DNA of 64,000 bases from an uncultured Flavobacteriaceae bacterium. GTDB taxonomy: Bacteria; Bacteroidota; Bacteroidia; Flavobacteriales; Flavobacteriaceae. The notes beneath the pieces are model-generated. The model saw only the letters and a list, made by a program, of their open reading frames with translations. It had not been told where the DNA came from and ran no database searches. Numbering within the stretch: position 1 is the stretch's first letter; every line of letters begins with the position of its first letter. Below, in pieces: positions 60,307 through 64,000 of this stretch. The position numbers and the translations under genes were made by a program. The stretch lies in NCBI GenBank assembly GCA_963793325.1, contig CAWBZU010000001.1, forward strand, positions 659,314-723,313, given 5' to 3'.

Positions 60307-61319
60307 AAATACGGCATAATATATCTTTAAAGAAGTATAATACCTTTGGCATTGAAGCGATTGCAAGTCATTTCGTAGAAATCACCACTATCCAGAATCT
60401 CAAAGAAGTACTTCAAAAAGAAGGTTTTCCAAAAAAAATTGTACTTGGCGGCGGGAGTAATATGTTAATTGCCAATGACTTAAATGCCCTGGTAATGCAT
60501 ATCAACCTCAAAGGCATTACCGTTTTTTGGGAAGATGAACATCACGTAATTCTCAATGTCAGGGCAGGTGAAAACTGGCATGAATTCGTAATTTGGACAA
60601 TAAATCACGATTATGGCGGGTTGGAAAATCTATCGCTAATTCCGGGAAATGTCGGTACATCCCCAATTCAGAATATTGGAGCATATGGTGTGGAGCTTAA
60701 GGATTGTTTTGAAAGCTGCGAAGCTATGAATATTTCTACGCAACAACTCATAACTTTTTCCAGGCATGACTGCCAGTTTGGTTACCGGGATTCAATATTT
60801 AAGAATTCTGGGAAAGGTAAATATATTATTACCTCGGTTAATTTAAAACTGGCTAAGCCACCCCATAAGCTAAATACCTCCTATGGAGCAATTGAATCCC
60901 AATTAAAAGAAAAAAAGATTATAACCCCTACGATCAAGGATGTTTCCGATGCTGTAATCACGATTCGCCAAAAGAAACTCCCGGACCCCTCTAGATTGGG
61001 CAATAGTGGAAGTTTCTTCAAAAACCCTGTAATCACAAAAAATGAATTTAATTCTTTCCTGGAGAACAATCCCGAAGCACCCTTTTATAAAATTTCAGAC
61101 TCCGCCTATAAAATTCCTGCAGGGTGGCTTATTGAACAGTGCGGATTTAAAGGTAAAAGATTCGGAGATGCCGGGGTTCACAAAAACCAGGCATTGGTAT
61201 TGGTAAACTTTGGAGGCGCAAGTGGATCGGACTTGCTAAAATTAGCAAATAAAATACAAGATGCCGTTTTAACGCGATATGGCATTGAGATTAAACCTGA
61301 AGTAAATATAATTACCTGA
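60303..61319 (+). CDS. murB: UDP-N-acetylenolpyruvoylglucosamine reductase
   Basis: 338 aa with an FAD-binding domain (LGGGSNML) and GSFFKNP. The GTG start overlaps the preceding stop (GTGA). Confidence 0.92.
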   Translation: MKIRHNISLKKYNTFGIEAIASHFVEITTIQNLKEVLQKEGFPKKIVLGGGSNMLIANDLNALVMHINLKGITVFWEDEHHVILNVRAGENWHEFVIWTINHDYGGLENLSLIPGNVGTSPIQNIGAYGVELKDCFESCEAMNISTQQLITFSRHDCQFGYRDSIFKNSGKGKYIITSVNLKLAKPPHKLNTSYGAIESQLKEKKIITPTIKDVSDAVITIRQKKLPDPSRLGNSGSFFKNPVITKNEFNSFLENNPEAPFYKISDSAYKIPAGWLIEQCGFKGKRFGDAGVHKNQALVLVNFGGASGSDLLKLANKIQDAVLTRYGIEIKPEVNIIT

Positions 61320-61333
61320 AAACTTCGTCTGAC

Positions 61334-61376
61334 AAAACAAAAAAATAACCCCCGAGTAAGAATTCACGGGGGTTAT
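61334..61376 (-). terminator. Strong GC-rich hairpin with its U-tail on the minus strand only (orphan orientation)
   Basis: Plus strand reads ataacccccg-agtaagaattca-cgggggttat (61345..61376), a 10-bp stem preceded by aaaacaaaaaaa. On the minus strand this reads as hairpin plus tttttttgtttt. No annotated minus-strand gene lies upstream of it. Confidence 0.5.
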
Positions 61377-61554
61377 ACCAAACCAAACTAACCAAAAATT
61401 AAATGCACAATAACCAGTTGTACATTTATCTAATTAAAATTGAGAAAACGCTTAAATAACAATCAATTTTATAATTTAGCGTTTACACTATATACGGGTC
61501 AGAATAATATATTGGATGACTGTTTTCCTGATTATTTTATCTCGTAAACTTAAT

Positions 61555-62121
61555 ATGAGTTCACTACTTGAAAAACATATTGTCGAATTGCTGCAAGAGC
61601 GCAATGAAAAGGCTATTTCATTGCTGTATGAACATTACGGCGATACTTTATATGGGGTTGCTCATAAAGTGGTCAGAGATGCAGAACTAGCTCAGGATGT
61701 TTTACAGGAAAGTTTTGTTAAAATCTGGAAAAAATCCGACTCTTATGATTCCTCAAAGGCAAAATTATTTACCTGGCTTTTCAGAATTACCAGAAACACA
61801 GCTATTGATAAGTTACGCAGTGTAAACACCAAATCTGATAAGGAAATCCAAATAGATGTTTCAGACGTATATAACCTAGGAGTAGATAGCACCAGACCAG
61901 AGTTCTTGGACGTCAGGGAGAACATGGAGAAGATAGAGCAAAAATATCATGTGGTGTTGGATGCCTTGTTTTTTCAAGGAATGACACAACAGGAAGCCAG
62001 TGATGAATTAAATATTCCATTGGGCACTATCAAATCCAGGTTAAAAATCGGGTTAAGAGAACTTAAAAAAATATATGGTAGCTCTATGGTGTTTTTGCCC
62101 TTAATAATCTTATTGTCATGA
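61555..62121 (+). CDS. ECF-type RNA polymerase sigma-70 family factor
   Basis: Region 2 (DAELAQDVLQESFVKIWKK, FTWLFRITRNTAIDKLR) and region 4 (QGMTQQEASDELNIPLGTIKSRLKIGLRELK). The ATG at 61555 is preferred over 61516. Confidence 0.87.
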   Translation: MSSLLEKHIVELLQERNEKAISLLYEHYGDTLYGVAHKVVRDAELAQDVLQESFVKIWKKSDSYDSSKAKLFTWLFRITRNTAIDKLRSVNTKSDKEIQIDVSDVYNLGVDSTRPEFLDVRENMEKIEQKYHVVLDALFFQGMTQQEASDELNIPLGTIKSRLKIGLRELKKIYGSSMVFLPLIILLS

Positions 62122-62876
62122 AAGAAAAAATACAAATATTTTTAGATACCGATTTACTTGAAAAGTATCTATTGGGAACAACCACTCTTGAAGAATCTAT
62201 GCAAGTGGAGCGATATATCGCTATGTATCCTGAAGTTAGAAAAACCTATTACGAGTTACAGACAAATCTTGAAACCTATGCTAAATTATATGCCCTTAAA
62301 ACTCCTGAAGGCTTGAAAGATAAGATTCTGGATAGAATTAAAGCGCAGAATACTGGTAGAAGGAAATTTCAAAGATATGCCGTTGCTGCAAGTATAGCGG
62401 CCTTACTTTTTGCCGGATCATCTTATTTCTTCTGGAATCAAAATCAAAATTTACAGGATGAAAATATCATTGTAAATAATAAGATTAGAACTCTGGAGGA
62501 AGACATGAAAGAACAACTGGAAGACGTAAGAAACCAGTTTATAGTTCTCAACAATCCTCAGACCAAAAAGTATGAAGTAAAAGGGAATAAAAAAGCAAGG
62601 GAATTAAAAGCCGTTGCCTATATAAATCCGGTAAAAAAACTATCTTATATTAATGTTAGGAGTTTACCTAATTTACCTGATAATCAATGTTATCAGATGT
62701 GGGCCGAAGTTAATGGTGAAATGGTCAATCTGGGAGTAATTAAGAATGTTGATGATAAGGATCATCTCAGAGCTTTGCCTTATGCGGAAAACGCAATTGG
62801 TTATATTACCATAGAACCTCAGGGCGGTAATGTCACCCCTACTGTCAAGAATATTGTAGCCAATATTTCGTATTGA
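62118..62876 (+). CDS. Anti-sigma factor (RskA-like, single TM)
   Basis: 252 aa with an ATGA overlap with the sigma gene. It has an N-terminal anti-sigma helix region, a TM helix (YAVAASIAALLFAGSSYFFW), and a C-terminal domain ending GYITIEPQGG, typical of the RskA family. Confidence 0.72.
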   Translation: MKEKIQIFLDTDLLEKYLLGTTTLEESMQVERYIAMYPEVRKTYYELQTNLETYAKLYALKTPEGLKDKILDRIKAQNTGRRKFQRYAVAASIAALLFAGSSYFFWNQNQNLQDENIIVNNKIRTLEEDMKEQLEDVRNQFIVLNNPQTKKYEVKGNKKARELKAVAYINPVKKLSYINVRSLPNLPDNQCYQMWAEVNGEMVNLGVIKNVDDKDHLRALPYAENAIGYITIEPQGGNVTPTVKNIVANISY

Positions 62877-62902
62877 GAACCAATAGCTTTACATATTTTA
62901 TC

Positions 62903-62928
62903 AGCCCCTGAAAGGGGCTTTATTTTTG
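62903..62928 (+). terminator. Intrinsic terminator after the anti-sigma gene, overlapping a -7 box TATTTTTG (62921..62928)
   Basis: agcccct-gaa-aggggct followed by ttatttttg. The stem is 7 bp. The T-tract also forms an exact TAnnTTTG match 22 nt before the ATG at 62951. Confidence 0.62.
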
Positions 62929-62950
62929 TATCTTTGTTCAAAATATTTTT

Positions 62951-63157
62951 ATGAAGTTGATTTTACTTACCATAGGACTTCTTGCGCTGGCATTTGCCGG
63001 CATAGCTATAAAAATATGGTCTAAAAAAGATGGCAAGTTTGCCGGCACTTGCGCCAGTCAAAATCCCTATCTCAATAAAACTGGAGAGGCCTGCGGGTAT
63101 TGCGGTAAACTTCCCGGCGAGCAGGAATGCAGAGAAGCGGCATCCCAAAAATCATAA
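62951..63157 (+). CDS. Small (68-aa) membrane-anchored Cys4 protein
   Basis: An N-terminal TM helix (LILLTIGLLALAFAGIAIKIW) is followed by KKDGKFAGTC-x13-CGYC-x8-C. It is architecturally reminiscent of NqrM/DUF539-type small Cys-rich proteins, but its identity is not established. Confidence 0.55.
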   Translation: MKLILLTIGLLALAFAGIAIKIWSKKDGKFAGTCASQNPYLNKTGEACGYCGKLPGEQECREAASQKS

Positions 63158-63197
63158 TAATCAACTATTTACCTTTAGATTTATTAAAGCACAGAGT

Positions 63198-63764
63198 TTG
63201 GATAAAACCGAAGAAACACTAAAAAGCACCATCGAAAAGGCGAGAGAAGGCAGTCAGATTGCTTTCAGTAATTTACTGGATACTTTTTGGAATGATGTAT
63301 ATGGTTTTCAGTTAATACGGACTAAAAATGAAAATGATGCCGAAGATATAACTATACAGACTTTTTCGAAGGCTTTTGATAAACTGGATTCTTATGACCC
63401 AGCCTACGAGTTTAAAACCTGGCTTATCACCATTTCCAAAAATTTGCATGTAGACTTAATAAGAAAAAGAAAAAGGAATGTCCTGAATAATAGGGGTAGC
63501 GGTAATAGTGAGGCCATCAAAAAGGTTCTTGATGATGCTCTAACCGCAGAAGATCAGCTAATCAACGATCAAAATCTCGCAAAACTTCTTCAAAATATTA
63601 AACAATTAAAGCCGCATTATCAGAAAGTTATTAATCTTCGGTATTTTAATGAGTTATCCTATACGGATATTGCCAGGGAATTGGGTGAACCCGTAAATAA
63701 TGTTAAAGTCAAATTACTAAGGGCCAAAAAGTTATTAGCGGAAATCATCAAAAATAACAGATAG
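63198..63764 (+). CDS. RNA polymerase sigma-70 family factor (group 4-like), TTG start
   Basis: Region 2 (AEDITIQTFSKAF, FKTWLITISKNLHVDLIRKRK) and region 4 (ELSYTDIARELGEPVNNVKVKLLRAKKLL). The reading frame has no ATG at all after 63030. The TTG at 63198 gives an (M)DKTEETLKSTIEKAREGSQIAF N-terminus and avoids overlap with the upstream gene. Confidence 0.8.
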   Translation: MDKTEETLKSTIEKAREGSQIAFSNLLDTFWNDVYGFQLIRTKNENDAEDITIQTFSKAFDKLDSYDPAYEFKTWLITISKNLHVDLIRKRKRNVLNNRGSGNSEAIKKVLDDALTAEDQLINDQNLAKLLQNIKQLKPHYQKVINLRYFNELSYTDIARELGEPVNNVKVKLLRAKKLLAEIIKNNR

Positions 63765-63857
63765 TTTTTTACTCATTCATTTTTAGTTTTAAAGTGACAT
63801 CCCTGGTAAATTGTTCCTGTTTTTCCATTTGGTCGTATATTTGTTGAAAATTTTCCT

Positions 63858-64000
63858 ATGAGTGTTGAATTTACTTCCCATGTACAGCCACCCAAAGGCA
63901 AGCCAAAGTGGTTAAGAGTTAAATTGCCGACGGGGAAAAAATACACCCAACTTAGAAGTCTGGTTGATAAGTACGATTTACATACCATATGTACTTCAGG
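63858..64000 (+). CDS. lipA: Lipoyl synthase, N-terminal part (gene runs off the right edge)
   Basis: Manual translation from the ATG at 63858 gives [47 protein letters not shown]..., the conserved LipA N-terminus. Not in the ORF track because it is open-ended. Confidence 0.9.
   Translation, partial: MSVEFTSHVQPPKGKPKWLRVKLPTGKKYTQLRSLVDKYDLHTICTS

Noticed and set aside
63030-63197. The ORF-track N-terminal extension of the second sigma factor (MASLPALAPVKIP...).
   Set aside because: It overlaps the 62951..63157 gene in another frame and is not sigma-like. The recognisable sigma sequence begins at the TTG at 63198.
63773-63988. A 71-aa minus-strand ORF at the right edge.
   Set aside because: It is antisense to the clearly recognisable lipA N-terminus ([15 protein letters not shown]...).
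1-64000. A search by eye for CRISPR arrays, transposases/IS ends, phage genes, restriction-modification, toxin-antitoxin pairs or other defence-island content.
   Set aside because: None found. Every sizeable ORF has a housekeeping or ordinary accessory assignment. Gene order matches conserved Bacteroidota core synteny, and I saw no long direct or inverted repeats flanking any block. I therefore do not claim a novel multi-gene system.

Overview
This window looks like core chromosome from a low-GC Bacteroidota, probably Flavobacteriaceae. The evidence is protein similarity, TAnnTTTG-type -7 promoter boxes, and almost no Shine-Dalgarno sequences. The minus strand from 1 to 17960 carries the classic translation/transcription supercluster: tRNA-Thr/Tyr/Gly/Thr, tuf, tRNA-Trp, secE, nusG, rplKAJL, rpoB and the start of rpoC. 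Upstream of it on that strand come rpsU, a Xer-type recombinase and hpf, then an acyl-CoA dehydrogenase, a ComEA-like protein, a Na/Ala symporter, an RCK K+ channel, and PspC-domain, DUF2851 and rhodanese genes. The plus strand from 18.2 to 30.2 kb holds a MarR/nitroreductase/YceI stress operon, an arylsulfotransferase-like lipoprotein, a complete trpEGDCFBA operon and an M20 peptidase. The rest is housekeeping: ppc, a UDG-superfamily glycosylase, bTHX, yaaA, rluD, ddl, coaD, a PAS histidine kinase with a receiver-only regulator, an M14 peptidase, NUDIX, pyrE, birA, rsfS, ftsH, cdsA-psd-ACBP, valS, an aminotransferase, murB, an ECF sigma/anti-sigma pair, a second sigma factor and the start of lipA. 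I found no CRISPR array, transposase, prophage, restriction-modification, toxin-antitoxin or recognisable defence module, so I cannot support a new multi-gene system here. The interesting signals are regulatory or single-gene: (1) a WWW leader peptide plus terminator upstream of trpE; (2) a perfect Shine-Dalgarno sequence on rpsU only; (3) a K+ channel whose filter reads TVGYN rather than TVGYG; (4) a 68-aa Cys4 membrane protein ahead of a sigma factor that has no in-frame ATG; (5) a small membrane protein translationally coupled to trpA; and (6) two orphan terminator-like hairpins that could mark small RNAs. All coordinates and pairings were worked out by hand, and no database search or folding program was run.
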